Origin: Octopus sinensis
Lineage: Eukaryota
Assembly: GCF_006345805.1 (NCBI RefSeq)
Contig: NC_043013.1
Location: 42,160,001 to 42,224,000, forward strand
DNA length: 64,000 bases
Reading direction: 5' to 3'
Both the position numbers and the translations under genes were made by a program. Numbering within the stretch: position 1 is the stretch's first letter; the number at the start of each line of letters is the position of its first letter. The notes below the pieces were generated by a model, which made no database searches, was not told the origin of the DNA, and was given only the letters and a program-made list of their open reading frames with translations. Below are positions 49,945-61,833 of the stretch, piece by piece.

Positions 49945-50988
49945 TGTGTGTGTGTGTGTCAAATCTTCATTACTAAACACTTAAGACTTTACAGCTTTCT
50001 CATTCTTAAGATGTTAGGCGTGTGTATGCGTTTGGGATTGTATGTGCATGTGTGTGTGTGTGTGTGTGTGAGTGGATGTATATTCGAGTGTATTTGTGTG
50101 TATGTATCTGGATGTATATTTGGTTGTGTGTGTGTGTGTGTAGATGTATATTCAAGTGTGTGTGTGTAGAAGTGTATTTGTGTGTATGTCTGTATGTGTC
50201 TGGATATATATTTGGTTGTGTGTGTGTGTGTGGTGTGTGTGTGTGTGTGTGTGTGTAGATGTATATTCAAGTGTGTGTGTGTAGAAGTGTATTTGTGTGT
50301 ATGTCTGTATGTATCTGAATGTATATTTGGTTGTGTGTGTGTGTGTGTGTAGAAGTGTATTTGTGTGTATGTCTGTATGTATCTGGATGTATATTTGGTT
50401 GTGTGTGTGTGTGTGTGTGTGTAGAAGTGTATTTGTGTGTATGTCTGTGTGTGTCTGCATGTATATTTGGTTGTTTTTATTTGTGGAAGTATATTCGTGT
50501 ATATATCAGTGTGTGTCTATGCATCTATATTTGGTTGTTTTTATGTAGCTTAGTAATGTGAATGTTTGTGTGTATTTGATTGTGTCTATATTAGTGTGTA
50601 TATATGTGTGTGTCTTTAGAAGTGTATCTATGTATATATGTATATATGTTGACAATGTGTATATGTGTGTTTTGGATGTATATTTAACTCTCCTGTATTA
50701 GTGTGTGTTGGTGTGTGTGTGTGTGTGTGTCAAATCTTCATTACTAAACACTTAAGACTTTACAGCTTTCTCATTCTTAAGATGTTAGGCGTGTGTATGC
50801 GTTTGGGATTGTATGTGCATGTGTGTGTGTGTGTGTGTGTGAGTGGATGTATATTCGAGTGTATTTGTGTGTATGTATCTGGATGTATATTTGGTTGTGT
50901 GTGTGTGTGTGTAGATGTATATTCAAGTGTGTGTGTGTAGAAGTGTATTTGTGTGTATGTCTGTATGTGTCTGGATATATATTTGGTT

Positions 50989-51028
<40 letters not shown>

Positions 51029-51498
51029 GTATATTCAAGTGTGTGTGTGTAGAAGTGTATTTGTGTGTATGTCTGTATGTATCTGAATGTATATTTGGTT
51101 GTGTGTGTGTGTGTGTGTAGAAGTGTATTTGTGTGTATGTCTGTATGTATCTGGATGTATATTTGGTTGTGTGTGTGTGTGTGTGTGTGTAGAAGTGTAT
51201 TTGTGTGTATGTCTGTGTGTGTCTGCATGTATATTTGGTTGTTTTTATTTGTGGAAGTATATTCGTGTATATATCAGTGTGTGTCTATGCATCTATATTT
51301 GGTTGTTTTTATGTAGCTTAGTAATGTGAATGTTTGTGTGTATTTGATTGTGTCTATATTAGTGTGTATATATGTGTGTGTCTTTAGAAGTGTATCTATG
51401 TATATATGTATATATGTTGACAATGTGTATATGTGTGTTTTGGATGTATATTTAACTCTCCTGTATTAGTGTGTGTTGGTGTGTGTGTGTGTGTGTGT
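49945..51498. repeat. Tandem duplication, ~770-bp unit, containing a TG-derived ~45-55 bp minisatellite
   Basis: caaatcttcattactaaacac at 49960 and 50731; the junction lies in (TG)n. Confidence 0.9.
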
Positions 51499-52367
51499 TT
51501 GCGCATTTCTTACACTTTTATCCTTTTATTTGTTGTCATTGTTGACTGTGGCCATACTGGGGCATTGCCTCAAATAGTTTTCAGTACTTATTTCAAGTTG
51601 TTTAGTACTTATACTATAAGGCTCATTTTGTCGAACCAATAACCTGTGAGAACATAAACAAACCGACACCGATTGCTAAGCAGTGGCGGTACAAACACAA
51701 AGACAAGCACTCACACATACACACTTATATAGGCACAAAACACACATAAACACACACACACGCATACACATACTAATATACATCAACACACACACACACA
51801 CACATACTAACATACATCAACACACACACACATACTAATATACATCAACACACACACACACACACAGTGTGCCTTCACATAGTTTCTGTCTACCAAATTG
51901 TCTCATAATGCATTGGTTGGCCCAGAATTATTGCAGAAGGCACTGAGCCAAGGTGATGTGTAATGGGACTGAACCCAAAACCTTGCGGTTAGGAAGCAAA
52001 CTTCTTAACCCCACAGCTAAATCTGGGCCTCTACAAGTGCAACTAATTTCTGCGTGTGTGTATGTAAGTCTGTTTGCATGTTTTGGAGTGCATACGTGTG
52101 TGTGTATGCAGGGCCAGCTCTCAAGTTGTTGGTGTCCCAAAGCAATTTGACTTTCAAGAATTTTTTTTTTTTTCGAAATTTTCACGAATTAACCCTACAG
52201 ATGCAGGAATGACGTGTTTATTAGAATTTATTAAATATAGGTTTTGTTTTATTTATTTTTATTTTTTCATTATTGTTTTTCTTTTTTTTTTGTCTTCAAT
52301 TTTTTTTTTTAAATTTCGAAGATCCTAAAACGTGATAGGATGCCGTGAGCAGATGCCTGACTTCCCA

Positions 52368-52383
52368 GTGCCATCTGCTGGCC
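52368..52383 (-). promoter_or_regulatory. CTCF-like motif
   Basis: Minus strand ggCCAGCAGATGGCAC matches CCASYAGRKGGCRS; it lies in a short unique CpG-containing island. Confidence 0.4.
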
Positions 52384-53986
52384 CTGTGTAGATGAATTGT
52401 GTGTGTGTGTGTGTCTGTTTAAGGTGGGATAGATGTGTGTTTATTTGTGTGTGTGTTTGTGTATGAAAATGGATGTCTACGTGAGAGAGGAGGATGGAAG
52501 GAACCTGGATAAGCAATACTGTGTGTGTTTGTGTGTGTGTGTGTGTGTGAGAATAGTATATGTGCATGCTTTTATGTGTGTGTGTATGTATTTATGTTTG
52601 TATGTGTGGACATGTATTTGTGTGTATGTATGTAGTTATCTCTCTGAATTGAGAGAAAGAGATAGGATGAGTCGCCAGTATTGTGTGAGGGAGATGGAGG
52701 CGGGGTAGGGGGGAGGGAATATCTAACTATATGTGAGTGGGGGGAGGGGTGGAGAGCAGAGCAGTAGGACTGGTTGCCGGATGATACTTTTTGTGTTAGT
52801 ATGTTGTGTGTGTTTGTGTTTGTATGTGTGTGCATCATCATGTTTGAGAATGTGGGTAGGTGTGTCTATATGCAAGGGAGAATGGCTACTATTTGTATGA
52901 ATGCGCTTGTGTTTGTGTGTATTATGCCTGTGTGTGCATGCATGTGTAATGTATGTGTGTTTGTGTATATCTATACATGATGGAGTGCTGAAAAGCTCCT
53001 GGTTTTAAGGGTACCACAAAAATCCCTGGTTGGCGGTCCAATCTTCCGAGTTCTTTTATAGGGCTTAGGAAAACTGAAGAGCCACTGTAATAAGTGTGTG
53101 AATCTGAGAGGGGAATATGTTCAATAAAATCCTAATTAACTGATCCTCCGGTATTTTCTTTTACCCAAAGCCAGGAACTTTTTAGCACCCATCCTATGTA
53201 TGTATGCATGTCCATTTTCCATGCTGTCACGGGTTGGACAGTTTGACTGGAGTTGGCAAGGCCAGGGACTGCACCAGGCTCCATTGTCTGTTCTGGTATG
53301 AGTTCTGCAGCTGGATGCCCTTCCTAATGCCAACCACTCCACTGAGTGCACTGGGCGCTTTTTATGTGGCACCAGCACCAATGCTTTTAATGTGGCACCA
53401 ACCATTGTGGATGGTGATGCCTATTTGACTATTTGTTGCAGACAGTTGCTATGACACCTGAGTTACTGTACATGTCTTTGCTTAAATTTGCGGCTTGTGT
53501 GCATGAACAGAATCTAAGTGCAAGTATAAGAATTACTCTAGTGCAACTTTAGTTCCATGGATCAAACACTTCGGTACCATATCTGCCAATCAGTGAAATT
53601 GATTGCACTTACTGTAATAATAATAACCTTCAATTTGATATAATGTGTGATGATAATTTAATCGTTTATTAAAAACTTTCTGTTGAAAAAAATAAAAGTG
53701 TTAAAAAAAAATGATATCCCCATTAGTCTTCCTTTCTCTACCCCTACTCTCGCTCTCTCTCTCTCTCAAAAAAAAATCACACCTCTAAGAAATAAATGGA
53801 AAAAAAAAATAAACAATGCATTCCTAGCAAGATAATAATTTGATAGATTTTAGCAGATCAATAATTATAACTTCGCAACATTGTTATTAAAATGAAATCA
53901 AAGACATTTTCTTTCCACTTCATTCAATGCAATTTTTGGATTGCAGCTACCTGCAGCTAATAGCTTGCTAGCTTATAGTTTAGAGC

Positions 53987-54495
53987 TATTCTCTGATATA
54001 AATTCAAGCTCTTGTAATATACTACTGTGAGTTCAAACTCCAGTAATATACCAGGGGTAGTTCATGGGTATTCTCTGATATAAATTCAAGCTCTTGTAAT
54101 ATACTACTGTGAGTTCAAACTCCAGTAATATACCAGGGGTAGTTCATGGGTATTCTCTGATATAAATTCAAGCTCTTGTAATATACTACTGTGAGTTCAA
54201 ACTCCAGTAATATACCAGAGGTAGTTTATGGGTATTCTCTGATATAAGTTCAAGCTCTTGTAATATATTACTGTGAGTTCAAACTCCAGTAATATACCAG
54301 GGGTATTCTCTGATATAAGTTCAAACTTTAGCAATATACTACAGTCAGTCCTAGGGTATTCTCTGATATATGTTCAAACTCCAGTAATACACAAGGGGCA
54401 GTTCAAGGGTTATCCACTGGTATGAATTCAAACACCAGTAATAATCTAGGGGCAGTTCAGGTGTATTTACTAGTATGCATTCAAACTCTAGTAAG
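53987..54495. repeat. Tandem array: homogeneous 82-bp units grading into diverged ~53-bp units
   Basis: tattctctgatata at 53987, 54069, 54151, 54233, 54304 and 54357. Confidence 0.9.
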
Positions 54496-55084
54496 CAACT
54501 CATCATTGTCTACAATCTCGTTATCATCAATTTCATCATCGTTTTAACGTACACTTTCCCATGCTGGCATGGATCAGACAAGAATATGTTCAAGCAGATT
54601 TTCTACTGCTAGTTGCTCTTCCTGTTGCCAATTTCCATGCAAGGTAATAATTCTCCATGGCCAGACATGTTTTATGCAGGAGTTTGGAAATGAGGGACAC
54701 TGCTTTTATGACAGTGGCACTCATTTATAAGTATAATGAAAGGCAAAGTTAACCTTGGTTAATAATAATAATAATAATAATAATATTGATAATAATGGTT
54801 TCAAATTCTGGTAGAGGACCAGCAGTTTTTAAGGGGGTGGAAAGTTGATTACATCTATTTCTTTACTACCACACAGAGGAGACAAACAAGGACAGACAAA
54901 CGGATTAAGTCGATTACATCAACCCCAGTGTGTAACTGGTACTTAATTTATTGACCCCGAAAGGATGAAAGGCAAAGTCGACCTCGGCGGAATTTGAACT
55001 CAGAACGTAACGGCAGACGAAATACGGCTACGCATTTCGCCCGCCGTGCTAACATTTCAGCCAGCTCGCCGCCTTAAGTTGATT

Positions 55085-55990
55085 ACATCAATCGTAGTAC
55101 TTGTCTGGTACTTACTTTACCAACTCTGAAAGGATGAAAGGCAAAGTTGACTTCAGCATAATGTGAACTCTGAACGTGAAGGTGGACAAAATGCTTAGCA
55201 ACATTTTGTCTGGCATAATAATTCTTTCTAAGTTTGGCACCTAAGCCAGAAACTTTTAGAAGAAAGAGAGACAAGTCAGTTGTATCAATCCGAGTATTTG
55301 TACTTTATTCTATCAAACCTGAAAGGATGAAAGGTAAAGTTGACTTCAGCATAATGTGAACTCTGAACGTGAAGGTGGACAAAATGCTTAGCAACATTTT
55401 GTCTGGCATAATAATTCTTTCTAAGTTTGGCACCTAAGCCAGAAACTTTTAGAAGAAAGAGAGACAAGTCAGTTGTATCAATCCGAGTATTTGTACTTTA
55501 TTCTATCAAACCTGAAAGGATGAAAGGTAAAGTTGACTTCAGCATAATGTGAACTCTGAACGTGAAGGTGGACAAAATGCTTAGCAACATTTTGTCTGGC
55601 ATAATAATTCTTTCTAAGTTTGGCACCTAAGCCAGAAACTTTTAGAAGAAAGAGAGACAAGTCAGTTGTATCAATCCGAGTATTTGTACTTTATTCTATC
55701 AAACCTGAAAGGATGAAAGGTAAAGTTGACTTCAGCATAATGTGAACTCTGAACGTGAAGGTGGACAAAATGCTTAGCAACATTTTGTCTGGCATAATAA
55801 TTCTTTCTAAGTTTGGCACCTAAGCCAGAAACTTTTAGAAGAAAGAGAGACAAGTCAGTTGTATCAATCCGAGTATTTGTACTTTATTCTATCAAACCTG
55901 AAAGGATGAAAGGTAAAGTTAACCTGAACAAAATTTGAACTCGGAACGTGAAGACAGACAAAATGCTTAGGCAGCATTTTGTCTGGCATA
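55085..55990 (-). repeat. Tandem array of a 193-bp SINE-C-derived unit (about 4.5 copies)
   Basis: gttgacttcagcataatgtgaac at 55146, 55339, 55532 and 55725; identical 60-aa ORFs spaced 193 bp apart. Confidence 0.9.
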
Positions 55991-56655
55991 ATGCTAATCT
56001 CTAGCTGTGGAGAGAATCTGTGGAAGAGTTAGATCCAGGAAGACATGGGACAAGGTGGTGAAGCGTGATCTTCAAATGTTGGGCTTCATGGAAGCAATGA
56101 CAATTAACTGAAACCTTTGACGATATGCTGTGCTTGAGAAGGCTCGTCAAGCCAAATGAAATCATGGTCGTGGCTGATGCCGGTGTCATGTAACTGGTAC
56201 CCATGCCAACAGCATGTAAAAAGCACCTGTTCCTCTCTTGGAGTGGTTGGCATTAGGAAGGGCATCCAGCCATAGAAACCATGCCAAATCAGACTGGAAC
56301 TTGGTGCAGCTCCCTAGCTTACCAGTTTTCAATCAAATGTCTAACACATGCCAGCATGGAAGGCAGATGCTAAATGATGATGATGATGAATAATTCTTTC
56401 TAATTTTAGCACAAAGACCAGCATCATTTAGAAGAGGGGCGAGTCAATTGCATTGACTCCTATACTTGACTCATACTTTATTTTATAGGCGTAGGAGTGA
56501 CTGTGTGGTAAGTAGCTTGCTTACCAACCACATGGTTCTGGGTTTAGTCCCACTGTGTGGCACCTTGGTGTCTTCTACTATATCCTCGGGCCAACCAAAG
56601 CTTTATGAGTGGATTTGGTAGATGGAAACTGAAAGAAGCCCGTCGTATATATATA

Positions 56656-56727
<72 letters not shown>

Positions 56728-57826
56728 ATATGTTTGTGTGTCTGTGTTTGTCCCCCCAACATCACTTGACAACCGATGGTGGTGTGTTTGCGTCCCTGTA
56801 ACTTAGCAGTTCGGCAAAAGAGACCGATAGAATAAGTACTAGGCTTACAAAGAATAAGTCCTGGGGTCGATTTGCTCGACTAAAGGCGGTGCTCCAGCAT
56901 GGCCACAGTCAAATGACTGAAACAAGTAAAAGAGTAAAAGAGAACCCTGAAAGGATAAAAGGCACAGATGACCTCGGTGAAATTTGAACTCAGAATCTGA
57001 AAGCAGACAAAACGCTTAGCAGCATTTTGCTCAGCGTAATAATGCTTCCTAATTTTGGCACCAAGGCCTGCAACTTTTACAAGAAGGGCAAGCCATTTGC
57101 ATCAGCCCCAGTACTTGACTGGTTCTCTATTTTTATCAATCCTAAAAGATTGAAAAGCAAAGTCACTCTCGGTAGCATTTGGATTCAGAACATAAAGAAT
57201 CAGAAGAAATGTCACTTAGGATTTTTGTCTTAACATGCTGACAATTCTAGTATCTCAAATACAAGACCAACAGCTCTGAGGTGAAAGTGTTAGTCAACAG
57301 TTTTCTATAAGTTTCCACCTTACAAGTCTATTGACAAGGTTTTATATACATATACATATAAAAGGGATCATAAATTGGAGGTGTGAACTTAGCAACCTTC
57401 TCTGCCAATCAGGAATATTGAGACTGTTATCTATGCAGAATTATTGCCAGCGTATATTTACAGAAGAGTATGGAAATATTTGTAGATGTGTGTGCGTGTG
57501 TGTGTGTGTGTGTACATAATGACCCAGCATGACCAGAGAATGACCAAATGCTAAAACCTGTACTTATATGTTTGTGTGTATGGGTGTGCACATGTTTGTA
57601 TTATACACACATCTATCTCTCAATAAATATATATATATATATGGTATGGTGTTACCTAATGCCACTTGTGGTACTACATATAGAATAAATATATATATAT
57701 ATATATTGAGAGATAGATGTGTGTATAATACAAATACATGCACACACACAGACATATATATATATATACACACACACATACATATATACACATATATATA
57801 TACACAAATGTGTGCACACACTCACT

Positions 57827-57860
<34 letters not shown>

Positions 57861-58165
57861 CATACATACATATATGCACATACTCATATATATTATATAT
57901 AATACATGCAGGTGTTATATATGTATGATATATGTGTTTGTATCTATGTATCTAATTGTGTGTATTTATGTGTGTGCGTGTGTATGTATGTAATGTTGTA
58001 TCTAGTATTCCAAGTGGTATCGGTTAACTTCGTACTAATGTGATGTGTGTTTATGAGTCGTAACCTTCTCCGGGCATAAATACAATATTAAAATTATGGC
58101 TTTATAGAATGATGAACTCACGGCATTGCAAACAATGTTATGTGTTGGAATTACAATACACTGGA

Positions 58166-58622
58166 GTGTGTGTGCGTGTGTGTGTGTGTGTAATGTGATG
58201 CTGTTAGACATATTAATATACAAAAAAAAAAAATGTATGTGCAATACAAATCTTTGCCAAAATTATATACCGTTGGGTGATAATGTGTGCATAATGTGGG
58301 ATAATGTGTATATAATGTGGTTAATGTTTTATATATGTTGTTTAGTGTTGGTGGCTTCAATAATGAACTTGTGTATAGAAATTATAGTGTTATCAGCCAT
58401 TTTGCATGTGAGGGTTCCTAGCTAAAGTCGTGTGTGTGTGTGTGTGTGTGTGTGTATGTACATACATATGTGTGTGATTATATATGGTTATGTATATGTA
58501 TGTATGTGTATATGTGTGTATGTGTAAATGTATATATGTATGTGTATATATATATGTTGTTTATGTATGTATGCATATATATATATGCATGTACATGTGT
58601 GTGCGTGTGCATACATATATGT

Positions 58623-58655
<33 letters not shown>

Positions 58656-60290
58656 CATGTAATATGTGAGTTATTGTCTTAAAGTAATTTTAACTGTTTT
58701 CTTACCATATTTCTGCTAAAATATCTGCCTCATTGGCTTCAATTAAGTTTCGCTTATTAAGCTGGTGTTTGGAACATAAATTAACAGTAAATCTTAATGG
58801 AAGGTTCTTAATCAAGATCCCTTTTAAAGCAAGAAGGTTGTGTTATAGAACCAAGGGTGATCTCAGCTGGTTTGCTATCAAAAGGATTAAGACAATTTAC
58901 ATTGGGACATTTAATGATGGTGTGGCTCTTTAACAAGATTAGAGTCAAATTTATTGTGTAGATGACGTTGACCATAGTGTCAAGTATTATCCATCTGTCA
59001 CATTGCCATTTTGTGCCTTCCAAGCCATGTGGAATAAGAGATCCCTTACTTGAAAAACAACTAAAGGTTAGCATTATGGAGAGCATCAGCTGTATTATAT
59101 ATCCCTCAACATATCTGTCCAAGCATGGGAAAATTGTTGTAAAACAAGCAAACAAATATACACAGTATATGTAATATATTTAAGAAGCTTGCTTCCCTAC
59201 CACATGGTTCCAGGTTCAGTCCCACTGCATGGCACCTTGGGCAAGTGTCTTCTACTATAGAATCGGGCCAACTATAGCCTTGTGCATGGATTTGTTAGAT
59301 GGAAACTGAAAGAAGCCCATCATATATATATATGTATATGTTTGTGTGTGTCCCCACCACCATCGCTTGACAACCGATGTTGTATGTTTACATCCCTGTA
59401 ATTTAGCGGTTCAGCAAAAGAGACTGAAAGTTTAAGTACTAGGCTTACAAAGAATAAATTCTGGGGTCTGTTCATTCGACTAAAAGCGGGGCTCCAGCAT
59501 GGCCACTGTCAAATGACAAACAAGTAAAAGAATAAAAGAATATATACATACACAAATTTCTATATTCAGGGTTGATGCTGAAAAACTCCTGGCTTTGGTA
59601 AAAGAAAATACAAGAGGATCGGTTAATTATAATTTTATTGAACATATTCCCCTCTTAGATTCACACACTTATTGCAGCGGTCCTTCAGTTTTTTAAAACC
59701 CTGTAAAAGAAATTGGAAGGTTGGATCTCCAATTAGGCCTTTCGTGAAACCCTTAAAGCCAAGAACTTTGTAGCACTCCCTCGTATATGTGTAATAAATA
59801 TATAGATAAATACATGATTTCTATATATGTATATATGTGTGTGTGTGTGTGTGGTGTGTGTGTAATGTGATGCTGTTAGACATATTAATATACAAAAAAA
59901 AAAAATGTATGTGCAATACAAATCTTTGCCAAAATTATATACCGTTGGGTGATAATGTGTGCATAATGTGGGATAATGTGTATATAATGTGGTTAATGTT
60001 TTATATATGTTGTTTAGTGTTGGTGGCTTCAATAATGAACTTGTGTATAGAAATTATAGTGTTATCAGCCATTTTGCATGTGAGGGTTCCTAGCTAAAGT
60101 CGTGTGTGTGTGTGTGTGTGTGTATGTACATACATATGTGTGTGATTATATATGGTTATGTATATGTATGTATGTGTATATGTGTGTATGTGTAAATGTA
60201 TATATGTATGTGTATATATATATGTTGTTTATGTATGTATGCATATATATATATGCATGTACATGTGTGTGCGTGTGCATACATATATGT

Positions 60291-60321
<31 letters not shown>

Positions 60322-61497
60322 CATGTAATATGTGAGTTATTGTCTTAAAGTAATTTTAACTGTTTTCTTACCATATTTCTGCTAAAATATCTGCCTCATT
60401 GGCTTCAATTAAGTTTCGCTTATTAAGCTGGTGTTTGGAACATAATTAACAGTAAATCTTAATGGAAGGTTCTTAATCAAGATCCCTTTTAAAGCAAGAA
60501 GGTTGTGTTATAGAACCAAGGGTGATCTCAGCTGGTTTGCTATCAAAAGGATTAAGACAATTTACATTGGGACATTTAATGATGGTGTGGCTCTTTAACG
60601 AGATTAGAGTCAAATTTATTGTGTAGATGACGTTGACCATAGTGTCAAGTATTATCCATCTGTCACATTGCCATTTTGTGCCTTCCAAGCCATGTGGAAT
60701 AAGAGATCCCTTACTTGAAAAACAACTAAAGGTTAGCATTATGGAGAGCATTCAGCTGTATTATATATCCCTCAACATATCTGTCCAAGCATGGGAAAAT
60801 TGTTGTAAAACAAGCAAACAAATATACACAGTATATGTAATATATTTAAGAAGCTTGCTTCCCTACCACATGGTTCCAGGTTCAGTCCCACTGCATGGCA
60901 CCTTGGGCAAGTGTCTTCTACTATAGAATCGGGCCAACTATAGCCTTGTGCATGGATTTGTTAGATGGAAACTGAAAGAAGCCCATCATATATATATATG
61001 TATATGTTTGTGTGTGTCCCCACCACCATCGCTTGACAACCGATGTTGGTATGTTTACATCCCTGTAATTTAGCGGTTCAGCAAAAGAGACTGAAAGTTT
61101 AAGTACTAGGCTTACAAAGAATAAATTCTGGGGTCTGTTCATTCGACTAAAAGCGGGGCTCCAGCATGGCCACTGTCAAATGACAAACAAGTAAAAGAAT
61201 AAAAGAATATATACATACACAAATTTCTATATTCAGGGTTGATGCTGAAAAACTCCTGGCTTTGGGTAAAAGAAAATACAAGAGGATCGGTTAATTATAA
61301 TTTTATTGAACATATTCCCCTCTTAGATTCACACACTTATTGCAGCGGTCCTTCAGTTTTTTAAAACCCTGTAAAAGAAATTGGAAGGTTGGATCTCCAA
61401 TTAGGCCTTTCGTGAAACCCTTAAAGCCAAGAACTTTGTAGCACTCCCTCGTATATGTGTAATAAATATATAGATAAATACATGATTTCTATATATG

Positions 61498-61532
<35 letters not shown>
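58166..61532. repeat. Tandem duplication, ~1.67-kb unit (unique DNA + MITE + SINE A + mariner MITE)
   Basis: taatgtgatgctgttagac at 58191 and 59863; ORF pair 58962/60627; the junction lies in (TG)n. Confidence 0.92.
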
Positions 61533-61534
<2 letters not shown>

Positions 61535-61794
61535 GCATATACAAATGCATATGTATGCATGTGTTATAAAAAAAAAAATCTAATAAAGATGGAAGTAAAA
61601 AAAAAAAAAAGCAATAAAATGGTTTTCCAAATAATAGAATCTACTTGATAAAATAAGTCCTTCTGGTTTTCTTTTCTAATTTTTCTCTTGCTCCTGGGGT
61701 TCATACATAGGTGTGTGTAAGTTATAAATGCAAATATGCAGAGACATGTATTTGAGTGCTGATGCACCAAACACACACATACACACACACACAC

Positions 61795-61833
<39 letters not shown>

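Noticed and set aside
55083-55853. Four repeated 60-63 aa ORFs (MSLFLLKVSGLGAKLRKNYY...), superficially a peptide-gene array or CRISPR-like repeat
   Set aside because: The units are SINE-derived tandem copies with no unique spacers, the ORF starts at a non-ATG codon, and the DNA is eukaryotic.
58690-58800. Apparent minus-strand donor atg|gtaaga with an upstream open stretch
   Set aside because: It lies inside a TTAA-bounded MITE that recurs at 42116 and 60355.
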